Assembly (NCBI RefSeq): GCF_000011805.1
Contig: NC_006840.2
DNA: 32,000 nucleotides
Strand: one strand, 5' to 3'
Source: Aliivibrio fischeri ES114
GTDB taxonomy: Bacteria; Pseudomonadota; Gammaproteobacteria; Enterobacterales; Vibrionaceae
The translations under genes and the position numbers were made by a program. Shown here in pieces: positions 1-10,681 of this stretch; positions within the stretch are counted from its first letter, which is position 1, and each line of letters starts with the position of its first letter. The notes under the pieces are model-generated. The model searched no databases, had not been told where the DNA came from, and saw only the letters and a list, made by a program, of their open reading frames with translations.

Positions 1-35
1 AGCGCCTTATATTCTACCGGACAATCTCAATGAGA

Positions 36-3000
36 TTATTCTTCGTCTTCTAACTCGATGTTGATACCAAGTGAGCGGATCTCTTTCAACAATACGTTGA
101 ATGATTCTGGCATACCTGGTTCCATACGATGATCGCCATCTACGATGTTCTTATACATCTTAGTACGACCGTTCACGTCATCCGACTTAACGGTTAGCAT
201 TTCTTGTAGAGTATATGCAGCACCATATGCTTCAAGTGCCCATACTTCCATCTCACCGAAACGCTGACCACCGAACTGAGCTTTACCACCTAGTGGTTGC
301 TGAGTTACAAGGCTGTAAGAGCCGGTAGAACGTGCGTGCATCTTGTCATCAACTAAGTGGTTCAGTTTTAGCATGTACATGTAACCAACAGTTACAGGAC
401 GCTCAAACGCATCACCAGTACGACCATCAAACAGTTTCAGCTGACCAGATTCTGGTAGATCAACAAGTTTTAATAGCTCTTTAATTGACGCTTCAGGAGC
501 ACCATCAAAGATTGGTGTAGCGATTGGTAAACCACCACGTAAGTTCTTAATTAAAGTACGAACTTCGTCATCAGACAGAGCAGCAATATCTACTTCTTGG
601 CGAGTTTCACCAAGATCGTATACTTTTTGTAAGAAGTTACGGAACTTATGCAGTTCTTGTTGCTCTTTAAGCATTTGGTTGATCTTATCACCAACACCTT
701 TAGCAGCAAGACCCATATGAACTTCAAGGATTTGACCGATGTTCATACGAGAAGGTACACCCAGTGGGTTCAATACGATATCTACTGGTTGACCTTTCTC
801 ATCATAAGGCATGTCTTCAACAGGGTTGATCTTAGAGATTACACCCTTGTTACCGTGACGACCCGCCATCTTATCACCAGGCTGAATACGACGTTTAACC
901 GCTAGGTAAACTTTAACGATCTTCAGTACGCCCGGTGCAAGATCATCACCTTGAGTGATCTTACGACGTTTAGTTTCAAACTTCTTATCGAACTCAGCTT
1001 TAAGTTCATCGTACTGTTCAGCAAGTTGCTCAAGTTGGTTTTGCTGCGCTTCGTCGTCAAGAGTGATTTCTAACCACTGTTTACGATCCATTGCATCAAG
1101 TTTAACTTCAGAAACACCCGCTGCTACAAGAAGTGTACGAACACGAGCTAATAGACCACCTTCAAGAATTTGGAACTCTTCAGTGATGTCTTTCTTAGCT
1201 TCTTTAAGCTGCATTTGTTCAATTTCTAGAGCACGTTTGTCTTTTTCAACACCATCACGCGTAAATACTTGTACGTCAATGATAGTACCTGAAACAGAGT
1301 TTGGTACACGTAGAGATGAATCTTTAACATCAGATGCTTTTTCACCGAAGATAGCACGTAGTAGCTTCTCTTCAGGAGTCAGTTGAGTTTCACCTTTAGG
1401 TGTTACTTTACCAACTAGGATGTCACCACCCTTAACTTCAGCACCAATGTAAACAATACCTGATTCGTCTAGTTTAGACAGAGCAGCTTCACCTACGTTA
1501 GGGATATCTGCAGTGATCTCTTCAGAACCAAGTTTAGTATCACGAGCCACACAAGATAGTTCTTGGATGTGAATCGTCGTGAAACGGTCTTCTTGAACTA
1601 CACGTTCAGAAACAAGGATTGAATCCTCGAAGTTATAACCATTCCAAGGCATGAATGCGATACGCATGTTCTGACCAAGTGCTAGCTCACCAAGGTCTGT
1701 TGAAGGACCATCAGCAAGAACATCACCACGAGTTACAGGTTCACCAGGAAGTACTGTAGGACGTTGGTTGATACACGTATTTTGGTTAGAACGAGTGTAT
1801 TTAGTTAAGTTGTAGATATCGATACCAGCTTCACCAGGTACCAACTCGTCTTCGTTAACTTTAATTACGATACGAGAAGCATCTACAGACTGAACCACAC
1901 CACCACGTTTAGCAACAGCTGTTACACCTGAGTCAACTGCTACGTTACGTTCAATACCAGTACCAACTAAAGGCTTATCAGCTTTTAATGTAGGTACAGC
2001 TTGACGTTGCATGTTCGCACCCATTAGGGCACGGTTCGCATCATCGTGTTCTAGGAACGGGATAAGCGAAGCAGCTACAGATACAACTTGGTTTGTCGCG
2101 ACATCCATATATTGGATGTGTTCACGAGGGTGTAGACCAGATTCACCTTTCTGACGAGCGATGATTAGTTCATCAGCAAAAGTACCTTCTTCAGTTAACA
2201 CGGCGTTAGCCTGTGCAATAACAAAAGTACCTTCTTCGATAGCAGATAGGTAATCAACTTGATCAGTTACTTGACCATCAACAACACGGCGGTATGGAGT
2301 CTCTAGGAAACCGTACTCGTTACATTGTGCAAATGCTGATAGTGAGTTAATCAGACCGATGTTTGGACCTTCAGGCGTTTCGATAGGACATAGGCGACCG
2401 TAGTGAGTCGCGTGTACGTCACGAACTTCGAAGCCAGCACGCTCACGAGTCAGACCACCAGGACCTAAAGCAGAAATACGACGTTTGTGCGTAACTTCTG
2501 ACAATGGGTTGTTTTGGTCCATAAACTGAGACAGCTGTGAAGAGCCAAAGAATTCTTTAACTGCAGCTGAGATCGGTTTAGCGTTGATAAGATCTTGAGG
2601 CATAATTGCATCAAGGTCACCAAGACTTAGACGCTCACGAACAGCACGTTCTACACGAACTAAACCAACACGGAATTGGTTTTCTGCCATTTCGCCAACA
2701 GAACGAATACGACGGTTACCTAGGTGGTCGATATCATCGACTTCACCAATACCGTTACGGATATCGATCAGTTTACGCATCACTTCAATGATGTCAGTCT
2801 CATCAAGAACGCCTGCACCTTCATCATTATCACGGCCAATAGAGCTATTGAACTTCATACGACCAACAGTCGATAAGTCATAGCGCTCTTCAGAGAAGAA
2901 TAGGCTTTCGAATAATGCTTCAGCAGCTTCTTTTGTTGGCGGCTCACCAGGGCGCATCATACGGTAAATTTCAACAAGCGCCGATAAACGATCAACAGTT

Positions 3001-4064
3001 GAATCTGCACGTAATGTGTCAGAAATGTATGCACCATGATCAAGATCGTTAGTAAATAGTACTTCGATCTTCTTGTAGCCAGCCTGAGATAAATTAGCCA
3101 GATCTTCTAAGCTAAACTCTTGGTTAGCTGCGATAATGATCTCGCCAGTGTCTTCATTCACGTAATCGTGAGAAGCCACTTTACCTACGATGTAGTCAAC
3201 TGGAACTTCAATATGAGTGATATCGTCTTTCGTTAACTGGCGAATATGACGCGCAGTAATACGACGGCCAGCTTCTACATAAACTTTGCCGTTAGCTTCA
3301 ATATCAAAAGTTGCAGTCTCACCACGTAAACGCTCAGGAATTAATTCCATCATTAACGTTTGATCTTTCACTTCAAAAACAACTTTATCGAAGAATAGAT
3401 CTAAGATCTCTTCAGTTGTTTTGTTCAGTGCACGTAGGATGATCGTTGCTGGTAATTTACGACGACGGTCAATACGTACGAATAAGTTATCCTTAGGATC
3501 AAATTCGAAATCTAACCATGAACCACGGTAAGGAATTACACGTGCGTTATAAAGAACTTTACCAGATGAATGGGTCTTACCCTTATCGCTGTCGAAGAAG
3601 ACACCTGGGCTGCGGTGCAGCTGGGATACGATAACCCTTTCAGTACCATTGATTACAAAAGTACCATTGTCTGTCATAAGCGGAATTTCGCCCATGTAGA
3701 CTTCTTGTTCTTTAATGTCTTTAACCGTGTTTGCTGGTGCATCTTTATCGTACACAACCAAACGCAGTTTCACACGTAGTGGTGCAGAATATGTAACACC
3801 ACGGATTTGACATTCTTTAACGTCAAATTCTGGCTCACGGAGATTGTAGCTAACGTATTCTAGCTTAGAGTTGCCGTTGTAGCTCTGAATTGGAAAAACA
3901 GAACGGAAGGCAGCCTCAAGACCGTATTGCCCTTCTGGATCTTGCTCGATAAATTTTGTAAAAGAATCAAGCTGGATCGATAGCAAGTATGGTATGTCCA
4001 ACACTTGTGGACGCTTACCAAAATCCTTACGGATGCGCTTTTTCTCTGTATAAGAGTAAACCAT
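36..4064 (-). CDS. rpoB: DNA-directed RNA polymerase subunit beta
   Basis: The 1342-aa product starts [17 protein letters not shown] and is collinear with E. coli RpoB (also 1342 aa). The ATG at 4064 follows a GAGGAA Shine-Dalgarno. The ORF-track start at 4142 adds 26 non-conserved residues. Confidence 0.98.
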   Translation of the reverse strand: MVYSYTEKKRIRKDFGKRPQVLDIPYLLSIQLDSFTKFIEQDPEGQYGLEAAFRSVFPIQSYNGNSKLEYVSYNLREPEFDVKECQIRGVTYSAPLRVKLRLVVYDKDAPANTVKDIKEQEVYMGEIPLMTDNGTFVINGTERVIVSQLHRSPGVFFDSDKGKTHSSGKVLYNARVIPYRGSWLDFEFDPKDNLFVRIDRRRKLPATIILRALNKTTEEILDLFFDKVVFEVKDQTLMMELIPERLRGETATFDIEANGKVYVEAGRRITARHIRQLTKDDITHIEVPVDYIVGKVASHDYVNEDTGEIIIAANQEFSLEDLANLSQAGYKKIEVLFTNDLDHGAYISDTLRADSTVDRLSALVEIYRMMRPGEPPTKEAAEALFESLFFSEERYDLSTVGRMKFNSSIGRDNDEGAGVLDETDIIEVMRKLIDIRNGIGEVDDIDHLGNRRIRSVGEMAENQFRVGLVRVERAVRERLSLGDLDAIMPQDLINAKPISAAVKEFFGSSQLSQFMDQNNPLSEVTHKRRISALGPGGLTRERAGFEVRDVHATHYGRLCPIETPEGPNIGLINSLSAFAQCNEYGFLETPYRRVVDGQVTDQVDYLSAIEEGTFVIAQANAVLTEEGTFADELIIARQKGESGLHPREHIQYMDVATNQVVSVAASLIPFLEHDDANRALMGANMQRQAVPTLKADKPLVGTGIERNVAVDSGVTAVAKRGGVVQSVDASRIVIKVNEDELVPGEAGIDIYNLTKYTRSNQNTCINQRPTVLPGEPVTRGDVLADGPSTDLGELALGQNMRIAFMPWNGYNFEDSILVSERVVQEDRFTTIHIQELSCVARDTKLGSEEITADIPNVGEAALSKLDESGIVYIGAEVKGGDILVGKVTPKGETQLTPEEKLLRAIFGEKASDVKDSSLRVPNSVSGTIIDVQVFTRDGVEKDKRALEIEQMQLKEAKKDITEEFQILEGGLLARVRTLLVAAGVSEVKLDAMDRKQWLEITLDDEAQQNQLEQLAEQYDELKAEFDKKFETKRRKITQGDDLAPGVLKIVKVYLAVKRRIQPGDKMAGRHGNKGVISKINPVEDMPYDEKGQPVDIVLNPLGVPSRMNIGQILEVHMGLAAKGVGDKINQMLKEQQELHKFRNFLQKVYDLGETRQEVDIAALSDDEVRTLIKNLRGGLPIATPIFDGAPEASIKELLKLVDLPESGQLKLFDGRTGDAFERPVTVGYMYMLKLNHLVDDKMHARSTGSYSLVTQQPLGGKAQFGGQRFGEMEVWALEAYGAAYTLQEMLTVKSDDVNGRTKMYKNIVDGDHRMEPGMPESFNVLLKEIRSLGINIELEDEE

Positions 4065-4238
4065 GGGGTTCCTCAGCTCGCTGATAAGTGACCCGAACCG
4101 TCCGCCTTTGTCTTTAAAGGCTGGGACAGTGACTAATAACACTGTTTTCTGTAGGACATGTTCACTGATTTGTGATCATGTTTTTTGCTTGAGTGAGGGG
4201 TTCTAAACAGTGTGAAATTACCCTACACCCTACAGCGC

Positions 4239-4269
4239 AAAAAGGCCGGTGGTTAATAAACCACCAGCC
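4239..4269 (-). terminator. rplL-rpoB intergenic attenuator (stem-loop plus U-run)
   Basis: The minus strand reads GGCTGGTGGTT-tatt-AACCACCGGCC followed by TTTTT. It occupies the same position as the known partial terminator between rplL and rpoB in E. coli. Confidence 0.7.
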
Positions 4270-4301
4270 ATTAGCCGTTAGGCTATGAAACTAAGTAATA
4301 A

Positions 4302-4670
4302 TTACTTAACTTCAACAGAAGCACCAGCTTCTTCTAACTGAGCTTTAAGAGCTTCAGCTTCAGCTTTGTCAACGCCTTCTTTTAGAGGTGCTGGAGCTGA
4401 GTCTACAAGACCTTTAGCTTCTTTAAGACCTAGGCCAGTAGCGCCACGTACTGCTTTGATAACAGCAACTTTGTTAGCGCCAGCAGAAGTTAGGATTACG
4501 TCAAATTCAGATTGCTCTTCAGCAGCGTCGCCGCCAGCTGCGCCACCTGCAACTACTGCAGCAGCAGCAGTAACACCGAATTTTTCTTCCATAGCTTCGA
4601 TAAGCTCAACAACTTGCATTACAGACATTTCTGCAACTGCGTCTAGGATTTGCTCGTTAGTAATAGACAT
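4302..4670 (-). CDS. rplL: 50S ribosomal protein L7/L12
   Basis: The 122-aa product starts [12 protein letters not shown] and has the Ala/Gly-rich hinge and conserved C-terminal domain. Confidence 0.98.
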   Translation of the reverse strand: MSITNEQILDAVAEMSVMQVVELIEAMEEKFGVTAAAAVVAGGAAGGDAAEEQSEFDVILTSAGANKVAVIKAVRGATGLGLKEAKGLVDSAPAPLKEGVDKAEAEALKAQLEEAGASVEVK

Positions 4671-4724
4671 AACAATTCTCTTTTAAGTCAACAATAATTT
4701 ATTTTGTAACCAGTTAAGCAAGGC

Positions 4725-5218
4725 TTATGCCGCAGCTTCTTCTTTTTGGTCACGAACAGCAGCGATAGTACGAACCAGCTTGCCAGCAGAAGCTTCTTTC
4801 ATGCACATCATTAGGCGTGCAATTGCTTCGTCGTAAGTTGGTAGTGTCGCTAGTACATCAGCATCAGTAACTGCGCCTTCAAATGCAGCAGCTTTGATCT
4901 CGAAATCTTTATTCTCTTTAGCGAAGTCTTTGAAAAGACGCGCTGCAGCACCTGGGTGCTCGTTAGAGAATGCAAGTAGAGATGGACCAGTGAAAGTGTC
5001 AGTTAGACACTCATACTCAGTACCTTCTACTGCACGGCGTGCTAATGTGTTACGAACAACTTTCATGTAAACGCCCGCTTCACGCGCTTGTTTACGTAGA
5101 ACAGTCATCGCAGCAACAGGAACGCCACGAGAGTCAGCTACAACTGCAGAAAGTGCACCACTGGCTGCTTCGTTGACTTCAGCAACAATTGCTTTTTGTC
5201 TTGAAGATTTAAAGCCAT
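4725..5218 (-). CDS. rplJ: 50S ribosomal protein L10, reading frame interrupted by an apparent 1-nt deletion near codon 9
   Basis: The ATG at 5218 follows a GAGG Shine-Dalgarno and encodes MALNLQDKK. The conserved continuation [24 protein letters not shown]...MTVLRK lies in another frame that joins the 4725..5108 ORF. The span is 494 nt, one short of 165 codons. The frame break maps to the A5 run (plus-strand T5 at 5193..5197). Confidence 0.85.
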
Positions 5219-5434
5219 TTGGATTAACCTCTGGTTGTGATTACACCACTCACTACAAAATGTAGGAGAGTAAATACGATGCAGTCACAAAAAACCAATT
5301 TTTACAAAATTGATTTCAAGTTCGGGCACCGTCTACGCAGGTTTTATTAAGCTCTTTCGAGCGCCTACGGTCTTGGACGGAGACTTCCTAATTAAAAATC
5401 AGAAAGCCCCAACCATAAATTTGATAGGCGGAAA
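5219..5434 (-). promoter_or_regulatory. rplJL mRNA leader (expected L10-L12 autoregulatory region)
   Basis: This is a long untranslated region between the putative promoter and the rplJ start. The call rests on position, by analogy with the E. coli L10 leader. I did not fold or verify the structure. Confidence 0.4.
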
Positions 5435-5462
5435 ATTATACATGAATTTCCCACCTTTGCAA
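5435..5462 (-). promoter_or_regulatory. Putative sigma70 promoter of rplJL(-rpoBC)
   Basis: The minus strand reads TTGCAA-16 nt-TATAAT immediately downstream of the rplA stop codon. Confidence 0.6.
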
Positions 5463-5463
5463 A

Positions 5464-6168
5464 TTAGTTTGTTTGTGTATTTAGAGTCGCTTGATCTAAA
5501 GATACACCAGCACCCATTGTAGTAGAGATGCTTACCTTCTTCACGAAAGTACCTTTCGCAGAAGTTGGTTTTGCTTTCTTAAGTGCAACTAAAAGAGCTT
5601 CTAGGTTCTCTTTAAGTTGAGCAGCATCAAAGTCCACTTTACCGATAGTAGTGTGGATGATGCCGTTTTTGTCGTTACGGTAACGAACTTGACCAGCTTT
5701 AGCATTCTTAACTGCTTCAGCAACGTTAGGCGTTACAGTACCAACTTTAGGGTTTGGCATAAGACCGCGAGGACCTAGGATTGTACCTAGTTGACCAACA
5801 ACGCGCATTGCATCTGGAGAAGCAACAACAACGTCAAAGTTCATTTCGCCTTTCTTAACTAGTTCAGCAAGATCTTCCATACCAACTAGATCAGCACCAG
5901 CTTCTTTAGCAGCTTCTGCGTTTGCACCTTGAGTGAACACAGCAACACGGATTTCACGACCAGTACCGTGTGGTAGCACAGTTGCGCCACGAACGTTTTG
6001 GTCAGATTTACGTGCATCGATGCCAAGGTTAACAGCAACGTCAACGCTTTCTGTGAACTTAGCAGTAGCAAGTTCTTTTAGAAGAGCAACAGCTTCGTTG
6101 ATGTCGTATTCTTTAGTAACTTCAACTTTTTCGCGGATATTGCGCATGCGCTTAGTAAGTTTTGCCAT
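5464..6168 (-). CDS. rplA: 50S ribosomal protein L1
   Basis: The 234-aa product starts [15 protein letters not shown] and matches E. coli L1 in length and sequence. Confidence 0.98.
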   Translation of the reverse strand: MAKLTKRMRNIREKVEVTKEYDINEAVALLKELATAKFTESVDVAVNLGIDARKSDQNVRGATVLPHGTGREIRVAVFTQGANAEAAKEAGADLVGMEDLAELVKKGEMNFDVVVASPDAMRVVGQLGTILGPRGLMPNPKVGTVTPNVAEAVKNAKAGQVRYRNDKNGIIHTTIGKVDFDAAQLKENLEALLVALKKAKPTSAKGTFVKKVSISTTMGAGVSLDQATLNTQTN

Positions 6169-6172
6169 TATA

Positions 6173-6601
6173 TTAACCCTCTACCACTAGGCCCATTGAA
6201 CGAGCAGTACCAGCAATTGAACGCTTCATAGCTTCAATGTCAGCACCAGTCATGTCCGCAGCTTTAGTTTCTGCGATCTCTTGTAGTTGAGCGTCAGTAA
6301 CAGTACCAACTTTCTCAGTGTTTGGACGACCAGAACCAGACTTAACGCCTGCAGCTTTCTTAAGAAGAACTGCTGCTGGTGGAGTCTTAGTTACGAACGT
6401 GAAAGAACGGTCGTTGTATACAGAGATAACTACTGGGATTGGTAGACCTTTCTCGATAGATTCTGTTTTTGCGTTAAACGCTTTACAGAATTCCATGATG
6501 TTCACACCGTGTTGACCTAGTGCAGGACCAACTGGTGGACTTGGGTTCGCCATACCTGCTGCAACTTGCAGTTTGATATAAGCTTCAACTTTCTTAGCCA
6601 T
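6173..6601 (-). CDS. rplK: 50S ribosomal protein L11
   Basis: The 142-aa product starts [30 protein letters not shown]. Confidence 0.98.
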
Positions 6602-6658
6602 GATATTTCCTAATACTTGGGTTCAAACGCTATCCAACTGGATTAGCTCCCCGTTAAC

Positions 6659-6692
6659 AAAAAGGCGCGAAATTATAGTAATAATTCGCGCC
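6659..6692 (-). terminator. Rho-independent terminator after nusG
   Basis: The minus strand has stem GGCGCGAA...TTCGCGCC followed by TTTTT, about 30 nt downstream of the nusG stop. Confidence 0.6.
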
Positions 6693-6700
6693 TTTGACAA
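6672..6700 (-). promoter_or_regulatory. Putative sigma70 promoter of rplKA
   Basis: The minus strand reads TTGTCA-17 nt-TATAAT followed by the GC-rich discriminator ttcgcgcc. The -10 element lies inside the loop of the nusG terminator hairpin. Confidence 0.55.
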
Positions 6701-6721
6701 TACCTTTTGCTGATTTTTCGA

Positions 6722-7267
6722 TCAGTTTTTTTCTACTTGGCTGAACTCTAGTTCTACTGGAGTTGCACGACCAAAGATAGATACAGATACTTTTAAGCGA
6801 CTCTTTTCGTAATCCACTTCTTCAACAGTACCGTTAAAGTCTGCGAATGGGCCTTCTGTAACACGAACCACTTCACCAGCTTCAAACAATGTCTTAGGAC
6901 GTGGAGCTTCACTCGCTTGCTCAAGACGGTTTAAAATGGCATCCGCTTCTTTATCAGTAATTGGTGCAGGGCGATCCGAAGTACCACCAATGAACCCCAT
7001 TACACGTGGAATACTACGTACTAAGTGCCATGATTCATCATTCATGATCATTTGCACTAGAACGTAACCAGGGAAAAATTTACGTTCGCTTTTACGACGT
7101 TGGCCAGCACGCATTTCTACCACTTCTTCAGTTGGTACTAGTACTTCACCAAATAACTCTTCCATGTTATGCATTTTAATATGTTCGCGTAGCGATTGAG
7201 ATACACGACCTTCAAAGCCTGAAAAAGCTTGAACTACATACCAACGTTTTTTTGGAGCTTCACTCAT
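6722..7267 (-). CDS. nusG: Transcription termination/antitermination factor NusG
   Basis: The 181-aa product from the ATG at 7267 starts [22 protein letters not shown], the same N-terminus and length as E. coli NusG. The ORF-track GTG at 7273 adds 2 residues. Confidence 0.97.
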   Translation of the reverse strand: MSEAPKKRWYVVQAFSGFEGRVSQSLREHIKMHNMEELFGEVLVPTEEVVEMRAGQRRKSERKFFPGYVLVQMIMNDESWHLVRSIPRVMGFIGGTSDRPAPITDKEADAILNRLEQASEAPRPKTLFEAGEVVRVTEGPFADFNGTVEEVDYEKSRLKVSVSIFGRATPVELEFSQVEKN

Positions 7268-7279
7268 GATCACTTATCC

Positions 7280-7657
7280 TCAAACACCTGTGATTAAGCC
7301 AATTAGTCTAACCATAATACCATCAATGCCCCATAAAATCAGAGCCATCACGATACATACAGCTAGAACAATGAAAGTTGTTTGTGTTGTTTCTTGGCGT
7401 GTAAGCCAAACAACCTTTCTAACTTCCATTCTTGATTCACGAGCAAATGCAATTGCAGTTTGACCTTTTGCTGTGAAAGCAGCAATACCACCAGCAGCAG
7501 CAATTAATGCAACCACACCGGCAGCTCGAATAACAACAGATAAATACGCTAGTAAGTAATTACCAACAACAGCAGCAGATAATAGAACTAAAACAAGTAA
7601 CCATTTTACTGTATCAGCTGCGCCTGAAGTTTCTGTTGTCTCAGTATTTGTTTTCAT
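7280..7657 (-). CDS. secE: Preprotein translocase subunit SecE
   Basis: The product has three hydrophobic segments and the conserved FARESRMEVRKVVWLTRQET motif. The start at the ATG at 7657 (MKTNTE...) is chosen by length comparison with E. coli SecE (127 aa). The ORF-track start at 7696 is possible but less likely. Confidence 0.9.
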   Translation of the reverse strand: MKTNTETTETSGAADTVKWLLVLVLLSAAVVGNYLLAYLSVVIRAAGVVALIAAAGGIAAFTAKGQTAIAFARESRMEVRKVVWLTRQETTQTTFIVLAVCIVMALILWGIDGIMVRLIGLITGV

Positions 7658-7721
7658 AAACCAACCTGTGACATAACCATAATTTACTTCTATCACTTGA
7701 TAGAAATTGTTAACCAGACTT

Positions 7722-7750
7722 AATATAGCCTAGTATCTTCATTCCATAAA
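7722..7750 (-). promoter_or_regulatory. Weak candidate promoter for secE-nusG
   Basis: The minus strand reads TTTATG-17 nt-TATATT. The -35 match is poor and the call is speculative. Confidence 0.25.
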
Positions 7751-7826
7751 CCAACAATTTCGTTGATTCATCTGCGCTGTGCTGTGTATTTTCTAAAAAT
7801 GCAAAACAACACACAATACAACGCAG

Positions 7827-7850
7827 AAAAAGGGCATCAAATGATGCCCT
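7827..7850 (-). terminator. Rho-independent terminator after tufB
   Basis: The stem AGGGCATC-loop-GATGCCCT is flanked by A/T runs on both sides. It lies about 25 nt downstream of the tuf stop. Confidence 0.75.
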
Positions 7851-7873
7851 TTTTACTAGTACTTAGTCAAATC

Positions 7874-9058
7874 TTAAGCAAAGATTTTAGCAACAACACC
7901 AGCACCAACTGTACGGCCACCTTCACGGATCGCGAAGCGTAGACCTTCGTCCATTGCGATTGGAGCGATTAGCTCAACCGTCATTTGAACGTTATCACCT
8001 GGCATTACCATTTCTACGCCTTCTGGTAGAGTGATGTCGCCTGTTACGTCAGTTGTACGGAAGTAGAACTGTGGACGGTAACCTTTGAAGAAAGGAGTGT
8101 GACGGCCGCCTTCATCTTTAGAAAGAACGTACACTTCTGACTCAAATTTAGTGTGTGGGTTGATTGAACCTTTAGCAGCAAGTACTTGGCCACGTTCAAC
8201 GTCATCACGCTTAGTACCACGTAGTAGTGCACCAACGTTCTCACCTGCACGACCTTCGTCAAGCAGTTTACGGAACATTTCAACACCTGTACAAGTAGTC
8301 ATTGTTGTTTCTTTGATACCAACGATTTCTACTTCGTCACCTACGCGTAGGATACCACGCTCGATACGACCAGTTACAACTGTACCACGACCTTGGATTG
8401 AGAATACATCTTCAATTGGTAGTAGGAACGGTTGGTCAACAGCACGCTCTGGTTCTGGGATGTAAGAATCTAGTGCTTCTGCAAGCTCAACGATCTTGTC
8501 TTCCCACTCTTTTTCGCCGTTTAGAGCGCCAAGAGCTGAACCTTGAATTACTGGTAGATCATCACCTGGGAAGTCGTACTCAGAAAGAAGTTCACGAACT
8601 TCCATTTCAACTAGTTCTAGAAGCTCTTCATCATCAACCATGTCACATTTGTTCATGAATACGATGATGTAAGGGATACCAACTTGACGACCAAGTAGGA
8701 TGTGCTCACGAGTTTGTGGCATTGGACCATCTGTTGCAGCAACAACTAGGATACCACCATCCATTTGAGCAGCACCAGTGATCATATTTTTAACATAATC
8801 GGCGTGTCCAGGACAGTCAACGTGTGCGTAGTGACGTGCAGGAGTATCGTACTCAACGTGAGAAGTTGAGATTGTGATACCACGCTCGCGCTCTTCAGGA
8901 GCGTTATCGATTGATGCGAAATCTTTAGCTACACCGCCGTAGATTTTTGCAAGTGTAGTACAGATAGCAGCTGTTAGAGTTGTTTTACCGTGGTCAACGT
9001 GGCCGATAGTACCAACGTTTACGTGCGGTTTCGTACGTTCAAATTTTTCTTTAGACAT
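7874..9058 (-). CDS. tufB: Elongation factor Tu
   Basis: The 394-aa product starts [27 protein letters not shown]. The tufB designation comes from synteny, as it lies downstream of the thrU-tyrU-glyT-thrT tRNA genes. Confidence 0.98.
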   Translation of the reverse strand: MSKEKFERTKPHVNVGTIGHVDHGKTTLTAAICTTLAKIYGGVAKDFASIDNAPEERERGITISTSHVEYDTPARHYAHVDCPGHADYVKNMITGAAQMDGGILVVAATDGPMPQTREHILLGRQVGIPYIIVFMNKCDMVDDEELLELVEMEVRELLSEYDFPGDDLPVIQGSALGALNGEKEWEDKIVELAEALDSYIPEPERAVDQPFLLPIEDVFSIQGRGTVVTGRIERGILRVGDEVEIVGIKETTMTTCTGVEMFRKLLDEGRAGENVGALLRGTKRDDVERGQVLAAKGSINPHTKFESEVYVLSKDEGGRHTPFFKGYRPQFYFRTTDVTGDITLPEGVEMVMPGDNVQMTVELIAPIAMDEGLRFAIREGGRTVGAGVVAKIFA

Positions 9059-9147
9059 GGATAGTCCCTCTAGGTACGGATATTAGTGGCTTTGAATGAC
9101 CACGTAACCAAATATAGATTGAATATATGATTTTTTAAAAGGAGAAA

Positions 9148-9223
9148 TAGGCAATCTGGTGCTAATACCCAGATTTGAACTGGGGACCTCACCCTTACCA
9201 AGGGTGCGCTCTACCAACTGAGC
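9148..9223 (-). tRNA. thrT: tRNA-Thr (anticodon GGU)
   Basis: The reverse complement is GCTGATATAGCTCAGTTGGTAGAGCGCACCCTTGGTAAGGGTGAGGTCCCCAGTTCAAATCTGGGTATTAGCACCA. This is close to E. coli thrT and has an encoded CCA. Confidence 0.95.
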
Positions 9224-9235
9224 TATATCAGCGCA

Positions 9236-9319
<84 letters not shown>

Positions 9320-9345
9320 ACACGTAACTCGATTGAGCTATTTAA

Positions 9346-9438
<93 letters not shown>

Positions 9439-9462
9439 AAATTTTACTTTTACTTCCGAAAA

Positions 9463-9547
<85 letters not shown>

Positions 9548-9551
9548 ACAA

Positions 9552-9580
9552 TTGGTGCGCATTCTAGTGAATCTAGAAAT
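9552..9580 (-). promoter_or_regulatory. Promoter of the thrU-tyrU-glyT-thrT-tufB operon
   Basis: The minus strand reads TTGCAT-17 nt-TAGAAT followed by the GC-rich discriminator gcgcacc. An A/T-rich UP-like tract sits upstream (9581..9640). The first tRNA starts about 13 nt after the -10. Confidence 0.65.
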
Positions 9581-9740
9581 ATCATGCAACTGAAAATTCA
9601 AATAAAACGTTTTTTTTTGCTTTTTTACCCAAAAAGTTGTCTATCTCATCAAATCAATAACCAAAAAGTAATAAGACCGCTTTTTTCTTAAAGAGGCTTA
9701 TTGTATTGTTCAACATTCATTAATCCACTAGGTAAGTCAT

Positions 9741-10664
9741 GTGAACTCTTATTTAACATTTACTCGTGAGCATTGGGCTGAATTGAGAAAATCAACGCCT
9801 ATGACACTTACAGAAAAAGAGTTAACGAGCTTACGAGGCATCAATGAAAATATAAGCATTGATGAAGTGAGTGAAATTTATTTGCCTTTAATTCGCTTGT
9901 TGCAATTACATATTGATAGCCATCGCGAAAAAAATATTATTTTAGAAAAATTTCTTTCACATCAAGATATAAAGTCACCTTTTATTATTGGTATAGCAGG
10001 AAGTGTTGCAGTAGGGAAAAGTACAACAGCAAGAATCATTCAGACTCTGCTCAAACAGTTATTACCACACTTAGATACTCAACTGGTGACAACAGATGGT
10101 TTTCTTTATCCTAATGAAGTTCTAAAAGCTAAGAACATCATGCATAAAAAAGGCTTTCCAGAGTCTTATGACACCCACTCTTTGGTTTCTTTTGTTTCTG
10201 ATGTAAAGTCGGGGAAAAAATCGGTATCGGCACCTTTATATTCACACCTAACTTATAACGTAACCGGTGAACGAAAAGTTGTTGAATCGCCTGACATATT
10301 AATCATTGAGGGTTTAAATGTACTTCAAAATGGTAACGATTATCCTGACGATCAGCATCACCGTTTTGTTTCAGACTTTCTTAACTTCTCAATATATGTT
10401 GACGCATCACCAGAACAACTTAAAGAATGGTATGTTGAGCGTTTTTTAAAATTACGAGAAAGTGCCTTTAAAGAACATGGATCTTATTTTTCGCACTACA
10501 CAGAATTATCTACCGCAGACTCAATTAAAAAAGCTCAACATATTTGGGATACAATTAATGGCCTCAACCTTGAGGAAAACATCTTACCAACAAAGAATCG
10601 AGCTAGTCTTATTCTTTCAAAAGGTGAAAACCATTCAATTAACCAAGTAGCAATAAGAAAGTAG
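9741..10664 (+). CDS. coaA: Type I pantothenate kinase
   Basis: The 307-aa product is collinear with E. coli CoaA and has the P-loop GIAGSVAVGKSTTAR. It has a GTG start preceded by AGGTAAG. Confidence 0.95.
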   Translation: MNSYLTFTREHWAELRKSTPMTLTEKELTSLRGINENISIDEVSEIYLPLIRLLQLHIDSHREKNIILEKFLSHQDIKSPFIIGIAGSVAVGKSTTARIIQTLLKQLLPHLDTQLVTTDGFLYPNEVLKAKNIMHKKGFPESYDTHSLVSFVSDVKSGKKSVSAPLYSHLTYNVTGERKVVESPDILIIEGLNVLQNGNDYPDDQHHRFVSDFLNFSIYVDASPEQLKEWYVERFLKLRESAFKEHGSYFSHYTELSTADSIKKAQHIWDTINGLNLEENILPTKNRASLILSKGENHSINQVAIRK

Positions 10665-10681
10665 CAATAAGAAAGTAGCTA

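Noticed and set aside
955-1386. A 143-aa plus-strand ORF, together with other plus-strand ORFs at 648..905, 2606..2791 and 3570..3779.
   Set aside because: They are antisense to the highly conserved rpoB coding sequence. Their Ser/Cys-rich, low-complexity translations are typical of shadow ORFs.
4065-4142. An N-terminal extension of the rpoB ORF ([14 protein letters not shown]...).
   Set aside because: The conserved RpoB N-terminus MVYSYTEKK starts at the ATG at 4064, which has a good Shine-Dalgarno. The extension is not conserved and lies in the leader. The same reasoning trimmed birA (11671 to 11638), secE (7696 to 7657), nusG (7273 to 7267) and pssA (13241 to 13247).
4366-4686. A 106-aa ORF antisense to rplL, and similar antisense or alternate-frame ORFs in rplA, rplK, nusG/secE, tuf, coaA, birA and pssA (for example 5886..6190, 6318..6515, 7266..7463, 8044..8658, 10462..10650, 10830..11063, 11263..11451 and 14311..14511).
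   Set aside because: All of them lie within or overlap well-supported conserved genes and have biased, implausible protein compositions.
5193-5197. Programmed -1 ribosomal frameshifting at A-AAG as the normal way L10 is expressed.
   Set aside because: The heptamer is incomplete (C-AAA-AAG) and I saw no obvious downstream stimulator. A highly expressed essential ribosomal protein is unlikely to depend on inefficient slippage. A homopolymer miscall is far more parsimonious. I kept it only as a minor alternative in the finding.
5310-5522. A 70-aa plus-strand ORF in the rplA-rplJ spacer.
   Set aside because: It is antisense to the rplJ promoter and leader and to the rplA 3' end. It has no ribosome-binding site and no recognisable domain.
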